Shown in pieces: positions 11,337 through 25,328 of a DNA stretch of 64,000 nucleotides; within the stretch, counting starts at the first letter, position 1; every line of letters starts with the position of its first letter. Source of the DNA: Selaginella moellendorffii (lineage: Eukaryota > Plantae > Lycopodiophyta); NCBI RefSeq assembly GCF_000143415.4, contig NW_003314264.1:600774-664773 (forward strand). Direction: 5' to 3'. The translations under genes were made by a program, and so were the position numbers. The notes beneath the pieces were generated by a model. That model made no database searches. It had not been told where the DNA came from and saw only the letters and a list, made by a program, of their open reading frames with translations.

Positions 11337-14300
11337 TTCGTTAGTTGAAACCCTCACCGCCGCGCGCTGATCCGGAGAGCGATCAAGAGCGCCCTACGAC
11401 AGTGGCGCCCTAGAATCGTCAGGGACCGCACGATCTTCATCCGACGGCCCGGTGGTTTAGACCACTAACTCAATTATAAACACAAGAGACAAAAAGTGAA
11501 AACTTAGCCACAATTTTGTTTGTATGGTGTGCAATTCGTAAAAAGGTGGATTTTACAATGGTGGATTTCACTCACACCACGTGTATGCCTGCTATTGGTC
11601 ACTTGTATTATGAGTGTGAAAAAAAACACATTTTAGGAATATTCAATCCTTATGCCCCGAATGGGGCATAATGCCCATAGCAATAACCCATGCTATAGAA
11701 TGGAGCCATTCATGGCCCATAGACCCATTCATCCCATGCATTCTAACAAATTGTTAATGTTGCAAATTAAATAGACAATTGACTAAATTGCATACCATAC
11801 TACCGTATCTAGAGCACTATGTTCTCACATCTTGCTCTTGGCACTCATGGCAAAAGAACTAAATTATCCTTTTTTGGCACACCTCTTTTAACATAGTGTT
11901 CACAGCAAGCGTAAGTGAATTCTATCTAGGCTAAGGATCTGGAAGATGGAGTTTCCAATCTTTCCAAGTTGATTTGAAAGAAGGAAACATTTGAAAGATT
12001 GGAAAGCCATGGATATATATTGTCTAGAGTTATGTCTTTAATGCATCCCATTGAGTTTATCTTTCGATGCCATTGATTTCCAGTGTAACTCTCTTAACAC
12101 TTTAGTTTTGTACCATGATGCTTAGAAGATTTGCATATGACTAAAAAGTAGATTGATGTTTAAGCAATTTGATGAATTGGTGGGGCTCATACTTCAATTG
12201 TGTATTACAGAAAGGTGCATAGTGTTGATGTTTGGACCTAGAGTTCTCTCAACAAGAGCATGCTGAAGGAGATTTGAGAATGTGGAAGTTGCAATTGCAT
12301 GTAATAAAATTTAGGATAACATAAGACACTTTCAACATTTTCCAATTATAATTGTTTCAAATTGGACTTGGAGTTCTCTCAAGAGGAGCATGCTGAAGGA
12401 GATTTGAGAATATGAAAGTTGCAATCGCATGCAATAACATTCAGGTGAGAAGAGCAATAACAATGGACACTTACAATATTTTCCAATCATAACCGTTTTA
12501 AATTTTGAAATTTGTAAACAGGGTTTCCAAGCATGGGGCAAAACTATCCAATATATGCTACACGCTACGACCGAAGAATTGGATTTTTCAGGGATTGGAA
12601 GCTCATGCTCACTTTGGTAAAAGTAAATTTGTGACAGTTTCCTATATACTCTAACCCTTTTGTAATGTTTGAGGTTTTTGGGTTTCCTCCTGAAATGGCA
12701 AATTGGAGAGGATTCTATGACTTCTTTTGAGGCACAATAATGGATCCAACAAGGGACAGGATCGAGGATTCTATATGATGCCTCCTCTTCTCAAGACTTG
12801 ATAATCCCTTCGACAAGGCAGCCCAAGACTACTTCTAATGTTATGCCAATCACCGAGGGGAAAAGTCCTGCTAAAGAAAGTGACAACAAGGGATATGTTA
12901 TTGCTCGAGATGCAAGCAAAAACAAGTTCACAGACCCAAAGGGTGATTTTGGTTCTACTATGAAACAAGTTGAGAGTTCCTCAAGCGAGGATGTGCATCA
13001 TGTAGCACCCAAACTCAATACTTTTGACCCAAATCCTAAACAAGGAGCTGCTTTAGAAGCTATAGTGATTACCCTTGGTGAGGCAAGCATAAGCCAAAAG
13101 GGTACCAAGGGCCACAAGTGCCTATAATAGGCATTTGTGGAATATTTCAAATATTCTTACCTTTAACTTCGCCAATGAACTAGAAAGAGTCTCTTTCAAA
13201 GTGTGAAATATATTTCAAGATAATTATCTATTTTTATTGTGAAAGTGTCTAGATTATAGTACTTCCACAACATCAGCCTAATCCATACAAACTCTCTAGA
13301 TTTTGGAGTGTCCGGTGGATCTTGTGATCCACTCCATTGACAAGTATGTTAAAGGGAAGAAAACTTCTCGTGTGCATGTGGAGAACCTGGAAAATTGAGT
13401 AGATGATGTACCCTATCTCTCAATGTGGATCCAATTAGGCTCTCCCGGTCGGAACTCTAGAGAATCAATTGCAAAGGGATGGAACTTGGATAACTCTTTC
13501 GGGCTCATATTTATAAAATGTTCAAACATACAAGAGTTTTAGTTGTTTCTGAAAGTAAATAGTTACCTCGAATGATGTCCACAATCCAACTGTGGAAGTT
13601 CTCTCTAAAGTCATGATCAAAGATTAGGCAGTTGGTGAACTCCATGGGAGGAATGATTATCCTTACCCGGAAGACCTGTAACAAAGCATCTCTCCCAATG
13701 AGTGAAAGCCCACCTAACAATGCTGGACCCTTGTAAGGCCTCTAACGAGCTTCCATGCACATTGAGTGTTAGAAGCCATCTTGGAGTAAATATCCCACTA
13801 CGTTTAGCTCAATGAATAGGTAATGCCAAACCATCACAGCCACACATGCCTCCATAGCCTGCTCATAACCTTCACCAAGTTCGGTGAGTCTAGACTCAAG
13901 CACTGCGTTGTAGTCAGTAAATGCAAGGTTCTCTAAGATGGAATCCACAGACTTGTGTCAATCGCCCTCCTCCTTTAGGGTTGATGTACCTCACAATTGG
14001 TTGAGTGCATTCCAGATATACGGCACGTATGCCTTGAGGTCCATCTCATATAGTCTTCATCAGGCAAGTCATTGATCATTCTCATCTGGAACCTCTCGGG
14101 CTGCAATTGCCAATATTGCAATTGTACACCTGCAAGATACCTGTGCATGACATTCGAACGCTTGGAATAGCAACCATCCCATAAAGATAGCTGTGCATAT
14201 AGAAATGAGGAGCATATAAAATTTGTGCTTTAAACTTAACTTACCACATCCTGCTCTTCTTGTCCTAACGTCCTAGAATGCGTTGGCATTTTGGGATGCC

Positions 14301-16150
14301 AATATGTGGCTCCTTCCCTAAGCATAAAGAGTCCACACATTTGTAACACAAAGTTACTTTAGTGAGCCAAGTGAAAATTAAACTTCCCGATCCTGGAATT
14401 TGGCAAACAGCCTCTTTAATGGCTTTTGCATGTGGCCCACCCACATTTATTATGGATTCCTCCCACACCAAAGCTCCTCCAATCTCAAATGCATAGACCA
14501 CTTTGTAATTCAGTGTGCGGAGATTAGTATTGAAGGTGAATTAGAAACAACTGAATTCATTGTTTGGTGCAATCTGAAAGGACAAGTGAGGGAACTTTAA
14601 TTCATAGGCAATCCATTGCTTACCAGAATGTGAGACGGCCTCAAACATGTATAAGCAAGATTGTATGGCCAAAGCATAGCCTTCTCGATGCAAAAACGAG
14701 AGAACTTACAATATAGTGTTTCAGTAGTGTCAAATAATTCTTTTAATTGTTGTGTAGCTGCCCAATTTCTACATAGGTCTTTGCACAAAATAATAAAATG
14801 GTACTAAGTGCTAAGAAATAGATACACGTACTTCTTGTCAATGAACCATGCTATTGTGGACTCAACAATTGAAGAAGGCACATTGATACTTACTTTAGCA
14901 AAGAGTTGTTGGATTGTATTGTCACAAAACACGCGCTTCTGAAAGGCCAAGCTTAAGGAGAACACTCTCCCAATCCTGCTAATGAAGCATGGCTTGGTTG
15001 AAAAAGCACGCGTTGAAGAAATATTTCACTGCTAGCTTAATATAACTTAGAGTGTCTAGCAATAGCGCATAGCATCTATTTGTCACTTGTACTCTCCATA
15101 CCAAAGCAACCAAGAAGCTTATGTTTCAGCCACTACACTTATGAAAGAACTTCAACATCCCTATATGCCCTCACCTCAAGGGCTGTAATGGTATTTTGTA
15201 AGGCAAAAACCTCCTCATACTGCAGCATGATGAAGTTGGCACTATCCTGAGTGGTTAACTGAACAACTTCATTAAATGCATTAGTGACATCAATCCGTCG
15301 TTGTTGACGCTCAAATGGCATAATTTTCAATTATCTTACTCTACTATAGAAAAGTTGTCAAGCAACTCCATAAGAGTAAATGAAGTGGAGCTACTTCCCT
15401 TTAGAAAGGGGGTGGAAGCACACCATGGTCTTCAAAGCCTTTGCCATCACTGTCATACACTACCATTGGTCTATCTGCACTTAGAAATTAGAAAATGAAG
15501 AAAATATTCATTTATGTTAATGCTTTTTACTAGCTATATGGCTTGGAGCCACTATCTCTAGTGACAAGGATGTCTCTGGAGATCCTTGATGCAGTTCATC
15601 CCCACCATCACCTTATTCTTTGACTCCGGTGATGTCCATGTTGTCTTGTATAGGGAGAGTATCTTCTGGTAATGGAAGAATGTTCTCTTCATCCACAAAG
15701 TCTTCTTCTTCATTATTCTCGTCTTGGCTTAGTTCTTGCATGGTTGGCCTTAGGAGAAATGGCTCTATCACCAAGGGATCATCATTTGCAGTCAAGGTAT
15801 TTGTAGTAGCTACAACTGCAAAGACCACAACATATATTTGTGAGGAGGGAACTTAAAAAAAAATTGATTTATATTCACGAACATCCTTCTCCTCGAATGC
15901 TTGGGCTTGCTTTTGATAACTTAGCCAATGTTTGTCAATAAGATGCTCCATAATATTGTATAGGTATATTATTGTTACTCAGTTGCTATTGGCCTTGTTT
16001 GTTATAGCTCCCCATGATGTTTGAGGAGGCCAATACCAAGGCCGGATAAAGTTGAGGCCAAATTTTGCAAACTCAGCATGGGCCTCACCACCATTGGATT
16101 GCCTTGCATGTTGAACAAATGCTTCTGGGTTGGTCATGGATGAAGGTTGG

Positions 16151-17829
16151 TGTAAGCGACTTAATTTTCATTCTATTTTAGTCACTTAACCACACCTTTG
16201 ACCACTTCAAGGAGTCTCATTCACAACCTCCATAAGTTCTATTTCAAACTTGGGCTTGCTAGCCTTGAGAATGGCATCCCCACCACTCAACCTTTGCACT
16301 TGGTCCAAGTGCTCCATGTGCCCGATCCCATGACTGACACCCCAAGATACCATTGACTTATCAACCTGTTACGCTAAGGCCATGCCCCTTTACCTTGGTC
16401 ACACCAGTGGTCTGACACCACTTGCATCACAGTCTTGTCTCTCAAGGATTGGGCCATCCATCCATGAGTGATCATCCTAGATCCACTCCTTAGCATCCTT
16501 AGGATGCCCACAGACATGGGGATTAGCCTTCCCCAATACCCCTTTTCTAGTCCCCACCAAGTCCCTTTCTGTTCATGGTCGTGTTCGCCAACACTGCTAT
16601 TGGATCAAAGCCCACAAGCCCGACTACTAAGTCCCATGGTCCTCTGGGACTTCTTCCTCACACAACCGTATCCTTGACCTCCACACTAGAAAATGGCTCC
16701 TCTTCCTTTTCACAGTTTGGGACTTTGGGGCAACATTTCGGAACACCGTGGCTTTACGCGAGCCTCGTGGGTACTCTCCCCGCCTTCTGCCTTTGGGTGC
16801 TCTAGCCATAGGCTTAGAGTGAGGTTCCGTTGAGCCATGCCAGGTATCCAAGTAGGTAGTGCCACCCACACTTGGACTAGGAGCATCGGCCAGTCGATCT
16901 CCCGGGGGAACTAGAGCTGGCTCTTGAACACTTCACCAAGCTACTTTGCTTGTCGGTCCATGTTCACCCTAGTCTTGGACTTCCTAGTGGGTAGCTCATC
17001 ACCCAACATTGGGTATAGCCTTCCTGAGCCAAACTGGCCTTTCCTGGCCAAACTAGCTCCACTGTAGTCTTCCCCCTCACTATACTTTTGGAGCTCACCA
17101 AACCCCCCAGGGTTTGGGAGACGAACACTTTGGGCTTTCACCCTCTTAGACTTGGACTCAGACTCGGACTTGGACTCGAACTCGACTCGGATTCGGGCTC
17201 GGGCTTGGTCTCGGCCTTGGCCTCGGCCTCGGTCTTGGTCCCGATCTTGGTCTTGGTCTCGGTCCCAATCTTGGTCTCGGTCCCAGTCTCAGTCTCGGTC
17301 TCGGTCCCGGTCTCAGTCTCAGTCTCGGTCCCAGTCTCAGTCTCGACCTCGGACTCCATCTCGGGTCCATCTCGAACTCCATCTCAAACTCCATCTCGGA
17401 CTCCGTCTCGGTCCATCTCGGACTCCATCTTGGGTCCATCTCAGACTCCGTCTCGGATTCCATCTCGGGTCTATCTTAGACTCCATCTCAGACTTCGTCT
17501 CGCTCCATCTTGGACTCCATCTCGGGTCCATCTCGGACTCCATCTTGGACTCCGTCTCGCACTCCATCTCGGGTCCATCTCAGACTCCATCTTGGACTCT
17601 GCCACGTGTCATGTGTTGGTCCTTTTGTGGCTCTTTTCTAGAGACTCACTCATTGCTTGCTTTATGCTTGTTCCTCGAACACTTCGTTGGGAGTTCCACT
17701 CCCGCTCTCAACCTGTCAAGTCAGAGCTTTTAGTCCAAACGTGTTACGTTCATTTGGCTTTCATTTCGGCCACTACCACGTGGCACCCTTTCGGCTCCAC
17801 TTTGGGGCCTAGGGATTTTGTGTCTCACA
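16151..17829 (-). repeat. Family A 3' LTR
   Basis: Direct repeat of 21830-23481; adjacent to the PPT. Confidence 0.93.
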
Positions 17830-20800
17830 ACTCCACCACCCATAAACGAAGTTTGATGTCCTCATCGAACAATAAATTATTTTATAAAGTAATACCAACT
17901 TGTATTACTGTTTCCATCCTTGGCCCCTCACCAATATTCGTCAATGGTTTGATACCAAAGGCTCACCATGCCTTGCCCATCCTCTAAAGAGCATAGTCTC
18001 TCCAACTTAGAGACTTATTTGACCACTTGTGGTGGTTCTCTCCGTTTATTGGTTTAGTCCTTGTTAAACCTGTTAGAGACACCGTCTCTATCTCAATCCA
18101 CTACTTCTTCTCAAGTAGTCTCAGTTTCCGTCGATATAACCCTTGCACTTTGGAACTTTTACTTTTAACTTCTCAAAGTCAATTTCCTAGGTGTCTCCGA
18201 CACCTTGCATTGCACATATTGTGCAACTCCACTTCCCCATCCTAGGAAGTTCTCTACTTAAGGGCACCATTACCCTCTCTTCTATTTCATGCCACCTTGG
18301 GCATTGAGTTTTAGTTATCATACTTTGTGCTAGGGCTGTCCATGGCCCTATCATTTGGCTACCTTACTGCTCTCTCCCTTGGAGCTTCCACTTTTGCTAA
18401 ATCAGAGCTGTTGGGAATCCATCTTTGTGAAAATATTGCATTTGCCACAATTTGCTAGCACCCAACACATTAATGTTCTTGGCCAAACTTTGTCATTTGG
18501 ATTCTTTTCCATGATTCCTATGGCTCTTTTCTTAGCCACTAGTCTTTTGCTCCTATCCTTGATTGTTGCACCTAGCAACATCGGATTGTTACCTCCATTC
18601 TTGAGGTATCCTTTCGGTTCCATAGCAAAGACTTTGCTTTGCTAAGTCCAAAGGGTATTTACCCTTAGTATGTTTCTTTATCATTTTCTGCTATGGGTTT
18701 GTTCATAGCCCAATTTAGTGACCCTCCCATGGGTCTCTTATAGAGACTACTTTCCTCGGACTCACTATGCATCGCATGGACACAACTTATTTCCCTTAGG
18801 TGCTCTTCCCACTTGGTCATCTTGACCAAACCACACCATCTTAAACAATTCAAATCAACACTTTGAACTAGGAACTTCATTCCTTAGCCAACCAAGGATT
18901 TTGTCCTTATTTAGCCATAAGATCATCTAGTGATCTTACCTTAACAGAGTTGCCAAGAGGTATTTGGTCTTCTAGACCTTCAAGTTGTTGACCATGACCC
19001 CATGGGCATCCCCCACACTTGGTGGTGCACCCAAGTCAGCCCTTACAACCAAGGGTCTATAGCAATTGAGATTAGGTGTCCCCATCTCATTCACCACGTC
19101 TTTGGTGCCACTCACACCAAAGTGTTCAAGTTAGATATGCCAAGCCATACTAAATAATCTAACCGTGCATCACGACTCTGGGGCATCCCCCGCTTGGTGG
19201 TGTGCCCAAACTAGTCTCCTTACTGAGAGCCTATGACCACCGAAAAATGAGTGTCCTCATATTTCAAACCATTACTGTGCCCTAGTGAGTTGGGACTCAA
19301 ACCCAAGCACTAAAGGGTTGGGACTCGAACCATCTACGAAAGGCATCATCCAAGATGCTTGGTGTGACTCAGCACACCGGTGCACCAACTTATACTTAAA
19401 GCACGTTATAGACCATAGCTTAGGAATTTAGTTCTTCCGCACTGCCAAGTCTTCTCACTTGACATGTCTGTGATCATGCATGGACTCCTCCATGCTTGGC
19501 CTCATGGCCACCCTTTTTGAAGGCAGCACCTTCAACTAGAGTATTTGTTCCCTCGACTTGTCAATCTCATCTAGAAAGTCATCCAGCCACCATAATGTGG
19601 TTCATGCATAAGTGTGAAAGTCTTTAACTATTGACTTTCGTTCAAAGCCCTCTCTTTGAACACTCGGGAACTAGTTCCCCAACTTTGATAGCCTCGCCTC
19701 ATGACTAGCTTCAAGACCACACTTCTGCTATGCCACTTTGGTTTTGCACACCCTAGGAACCATTTACACTTGGCTTTCTAGGTCTTTATCTACCTAGAAT
19801 TGTCTTTAGGAACCTTCAAGGATGCAAGCTCCCTACTCGCCATATGGTCTAACATGGATAATTCCACATTTTATATTCTCTATGGTATTGCAGTTGCTAA
19901 TAACAACATCCTCGAGCACCCTCTTGATTCTCCACTCTGAACTTGTATAACCACCATTGGTTATGCCTTTTGATTCCTATGGTTCGGTTCTATCCTTTTA
20001 CTACTTTGCTTTTTGGCCTCATATGTTTCCTTCAATTATTCTCCTCAAGACTAGAAGGATAGCTTTGCACTTTCTACCATGCCTTAGCAAGTATTCATAG
20101 GGATGAACCTACCCGATAGCCTTGAGAGTGGTTTCTCAATCCGAGTATGCTCACCTTGTAATCCCATACACCAGGATTAACGTTGCTACTCATGGGCCTT
20201 TATATGCCCATCATTAGCCTTGCCAAAATCCCTTTTTGGCTTTGTCCAATTCGGGTAGAGAGATTTCTCCCATCTCTGCAACTTTGGACGTTTGGATAGC
20301 ACCTTCTATCCATCATTCGCTAGGGATTTTGTCCCTTGGGTCTTATTTATTGCCCTCGCAATGCTAAACACCACCTCTTGGTGTTCTAGAGTGTTTGGGT
20401 GTCCCAATGATGGCCTTTTTGACAATGAGCATTTTCTTTTACGACATTGACTTACTATATTGCAATATAAACAACTTACCCCCGATAAGGGAATATTTAA
20501 CTTCTTTATGCCATTAAAAAGTCTTAGATAGCTACTTTCTACCTGTTTAACCAATTATCTGCACCTTTTGCTTAATTGCCTCATAGTTGTTAAGTCCTAT
20601 AATTCATTATTGGTGCTTCCACACCTCTATCATTATCTAGGTCACCACACTCTACCACATGCCTTCCAGCTTAGGCTATGCCATTCCCATTTCCATTGAG
20701 ATTCCCTTGGCAAGGGGTTCTCATGAACCCATCAACATAATCTCAAGGTATCACATCTTGGCCCATTTGGGTGTCTCCACACCATCGGCTCCATAAGTTT

Positions 20801-21829
20801 GTATTTATGACACTTTGCACTTGTGTTTAGGTATTTGCCAAGACTAACCCAGTCGTTTCTCATGCCAACTATCCATTAGCACTATACCATAGTGTTCGCA
20901 CACAACTCTACACCAAAGTTACTTCTTCTGGGAACACCTTTCCCACGACTTTAGTATGGCACATTCTGCCACCCATAAGATATCCACTGTTCTCATACTT
21001 GGATCTTATGATCCTCCCCATCCTTCCTGGGGCACAACACACCTCAGTCCAAAAGCTTCCATTAGTCCTTTAGGACCATTTTTTGACTCCACTTAAGTCA
21101 TTCAGCCTTTTGGACCTTTCTTAATCCCCTGACATACAAGATCTTACTTTTGAGGTGCTAGCTCATTGGAATACAACTTTTTGTATTCATGTCCTACTCA
21201 CCAAGACCACCATCATACGTGTTATTCTAATACTTGACTATTTTTTGATAATTGTGGGCTATTTTTGCCCATTAGGACTATTTGTCTATATGATGAGAAT
21301 ATCTATTCATCCTCTAAGCATACCCTTAACTCCTGGCGTTGTTCCAGCATTTATTCAAGGTAGCTTGGCTACCATTCCAAGGACTTATATCCTCATCCGC
21401 ATTTGACCTCCCACGGTCATTAATTCTGGTCTCAAATTCATGAGCACCATCCTCAACTTTATGAGGGTAATTTTGTGACTTCTTTATCGTTTTGGAGTCT
21501 TTATCTTCCCCGTGATCCGAACTATAGTTGTTTACCAAACCTACATTAGCTAGTTTGCTGAGTCAAACGTTCATCTGGATCACATCCTCAACTCAATGAG
21601 GAAAACCTTGCACTGTTCCCAAGATCCCAAAGTAGTTCCATTATTGGCCCTTTTTTATCCACCACCTCGTCTACAAGTTCACACATGAACTATAATGGAG
21701 AGCCATGTCTTCCCGACCTGCTACTCCTCAAGGATAGGCCCACTCCTTGGACCTTCCAATGCCAACACCAATGGTGATATACTTGAGCACTAATAAAAAT
21801 CAGACTAAGGAATAGCTCTGATACCAAGT

Positions 21830-23481
21830 TGTAAGCGACTTAATTTTCCATTTTACTTTAATCACTTAACCACACCTTTGACCACTTGGAGGAGTCTCAC
21901 TCACAATCTCCATAAGTCCTATTTCGGACTTGGGCTTGCTAGCCCCGAGAATGGCATCCCCGCCACTCAATCTTTGCACTTGGTCCAAGTGCTCCACGTG
22001 TCCGATCCCATGATCAACACCCCAAGGTACCATCGACTTATCAACCTGTTATGCTAAGGCCATGCCCCTTCACCTTGGTAACACCGGTGGTCTAACACCA
22101 CCTACATCACAGTCCTGTCTCTCAAGGACTAGGCCATCCATCCATGACTGATCATCCCAGATCCACTCCTTAGCATCCTTAGGATGCCCACAGACATGGG
22201 GATTAGCCTTCCCTAATACCCTTTTTCCAGTTCCCACCAAGTCCCTTTCTGTCCATGGCCGTGTTTGCCAACACTGCCATTGGATCAAAGCCCACAAGCC
22301 CGACTACTAAGTCCCACGGTCCTCTGGGACTTTTTCCTCACACAACCGTATCCTTGACCTCCACACTAGAAAATGGCTCTTCTTCCTTTTCACAGTTTGG
22401 GACTTTGGGGCAACATTTCGGAACACCGTGGCCTTACGCAAGCTTCGTGGGTACTCTCCCTGCCTTCCGCCTTTGAGTGCTCTAGCCATAGGCTTAGAGC
22501 GAGGTTCTGTTGAGCCACGCCAGGTATCCAAGTAGGTAGTGCCACCCACACTTGGATTGGGAGCATCGGCGAATTGATCTCCCGGGGGAACTAGAGCTGG
22601 CTCTTGAACACTTCACCAAGCTACTCTGCTTGTCGGTCCATGTTCACCCTAGTCTTGGACTTCCTAGTGGGTAGCTCATCACCTAACATTGGGTACAGCC
22701 TTCCTGGGCCAAACTGGCCTTTCTTGGCCAAACTGACTCCACTGCAGTCCTCCTCCTCACTATACTTTTGGAGCTCACCAAACCCCCCAGGGTTTGGGAG
22801 ACGAACGCTTTGGGCTTTCACCCTCTCAGACTTGGACTCAGACTCAGACTTGGACTCGAACTCGGACTCGGACTTGGAGTCGGACTCGGACTCGGACTCG
22901 GCCTTGGCCTCGGTCTCAGTCTCGGTCCCGGTCTTGGTCTCGGTCCCGGTCTCAGTCTCGGTCTCAGTCCCGGTCTCAGTCTCAGTCTCAGTCCTGGTCT
23001 CAGTCTCGACCTCGGACTCCATCTTGGGTCGATCTCGAACTCCATCTCGAACTCCATCTCTGACTCTGTCTCGGTCCATCTCGAACTCCATCTTGGACTC
23101 TGTCTCGCATTCCATCTCGAGTCCATCTCGAACTCCATCTCAGATTCCGTCTTGGTCCATCTTGGACTCCATCTCGGGTCCATCTCGGACTCCATCTTAG
23201 ACTCCGTCTCGAACTCCATCTCGGGTCCATTTCGGACTCTATTTCGGACTCTGCCACTTGTCATGTGTATGTCCTCTTGTGTCCCTTTTCTAGAGACTCA
23301 CTCATTGCTTGCTTTGTGCTTGTTCCTCGAACACTTCGTTGGGAGTTCCACTCTCGCTCTCGACCTTTCAAGTCAGAGCTTTTAGTCCAAACATGTTACA
23401 TTCATTTGGGTTTCACTTCGGCCACTACCACGTGGCACCCTTTTGGCTCCACTTTGGGGCCTAGGGATTTTGTGTCTCACA
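21830..23481 (-). repeat. Family A 5' LTR
   Basis: Adjacent to the iMet PBS. Confidence 0.93.
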
Positions 23482-25328
23482 GTTGGATTCCTAAGGCTTG
23501 GAGTGATAATAGAATCACATGTTGGGCCGTGCTGGGCTGGAAAGGAATACTGGAGTATAAGCCACCCCATATGAGACACTCTGGGAGGTCCACTACCAGT
23601 TTGTCAAGTTCCGTCACTTTCACAGATGGCTATCTTTTCTGCCCATACAAGTTTGCAAAAAAGTTTTTGGGATTGCAATCCACTTGGTGATAAGAACTGT
23701 GGTGAATGGCCGAGGGACCAAGGATGTCATAGGTGACATCCCACCAATGACTTTGGATTGACTGCCATGATGTCCACGATGACAAAATAAGGACTACCGA
23801 TTGTTATCAGCATAGGTGTGCACTACAGCCACAAGCGGTGAGAGAGTCTAACACAATAAAATGAAAATGAGTTAAACAAATCCAAAGAAAAAAAAAATGA
23901 AGAGTGCATAGGGTCATGTTATACCTGTGGCTCACATGGCAGCCCACCTTGAGCATCAGGTTGAATATATCAAGATGTCAAAGCTCCACTAGATGATGAT
24001 GTCGATCCTTGGCAGTAGTTGTGGAATGCTGATGAGGAACTATAAGCTTGCTAGTGTGGCGGCATTGTCAACTCACCCTATGCAAAAAAACACATGGAAA
24101 AAAGATAGGTACAAATGACAAACTTACCGAGCTAGACCGCTTGTTGCTTCGGGAGGTAGATGGCCAAGTACTGACACTTGTACCAGTAGATGGAGTTGCG
24201 AGAGTAGTAGTAGCTAGTGGAGTTGCAGGGCTGGTAGCAGTGGCACTATATGGGGTTGCATGAGCACGTCCTGTACTTGGTGTTAGTGGCAGCATTCCAG
24301 ATTGGACTGTGGGCATGAGGCATTCAAACTTACTCATTTTGGACTCTCGGGCTGCTACTTTCCAAGGAAGGTGAGGAGAAGGAAACATGCTGGAGGTTCC
24401 ACATATGTTGCAGTGTATGCAATGTTAGGCGGCACTCTACTTGCTCAAATGCAGTCAGGAGCTGTAGATGGGATGCTGTTGGAGTTGATGTCCTTGTTGC
24501 GGAGCTTGGAAAATCAAGTGGTTGGCGTGTGTCTCGCAGGATTGTTAGCTGTACTAATTGCGGAACATTGAGTGCTTAGTTGCGTGCTCACGAGGTGTTT
24601 CCTGCATAGTGTCTACTGGTATTGAGGCGTGCAACATTCTTGCTTCGAGCCTAGAAACCACAAGGGATTGGTTATGCAAACCTGATCAAGGAGAAGCTAC
24701 CCACCATCATAGCTATGGTGCTTTTGCTTGGGTGGTGGTCTTGCGATTGGGGGAGTGTTCACTAAAAGCCTTGCCTCCAGTTAGATGACACGAATCAATT
24801 GGAAGAACGAATGAACCATCGACAAAATCATGTCATAAAATGAAATTGCCTCGTATCCTAGGCACAATTAATATGGGTGGGACTTGGTGTAAACCCAAAT
24901 CTCGAACGTGGAAACCCTAAAATTGAAGAAATCAAGAATTGAATTTAAATTTGAAATGTACACTAAAGAACACTCAATTTTTTCCGAGTATGGCCAAGTA
25001 TAATTTTTCCAAAACTCCTTGCTTCACTGGTGTTGTTGTAAGCAAGGCACTCTCAATGTAAAGTGGTAGATCTACACTTACAACATCAGCCATTGCACAC
25101 TCCATTATTACATCCAAATGAAGTAGATATTGTTCGTCCAAGTTGAGTCAAAAAATGCCTGGTTTCAAATAGTGCCATGAGCCTGTAAGGTAGCCAAAAA
25201 CAACGAAATAGATTTAAAGAAATTGTTCTATTTTTGTTCTAAAGATTACCTTTGACAGAGTTGCACCTTCGACATTGGAGAGAAATGGTCCAGAAACATC
25301 TTCAATATCTTTTCCACCAACAGCCAAC

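Larger units (their letters stand above)
16151..23481 (-). mobile_element. Non-autonomous LTR retrotransposon (LARD-like, family A)
   Basis: LTRs at 16151-17829 and 21830-23481 with TG...CA ends; perfect TSD GTTGG; PBS TGGTATCAGAGC (21815-21826, minus); PPT ATGGGTGGTGGAGT at 17830-17843; 4-kb interior with no long ORF. Confidence 0.93.
13270..24850 (-). pseudogene. HECT-domain gene, copy 2 (split by the LTR element at 16151-23481)
   Basis: WEESIINVGGPHAKAIKEAVCQI (~14400-14470); ELSKFHPFAIDS and FSTCTREVFFPLTY (~13345-13500). Confidence 0.7.

Noticed and set aside
11452-11465. GTGGTTTAGACCAC hairpin as a Helitron 3' end defining the tandem unit
   Set aside because: The stem is very short, there is no suitably spaced CTRR end and no matching 5' TC was found; it is more likely part of the Crinkler-like promoter
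17088-17987. RS-, ET- and GL-rich ORFs (also at 22604-23385, 25380-25694, 32314-32628, 36396-37292) resembling SR proteins
   Set aside because: They are translations of the LTR hexamer array, open in many frames on both strands
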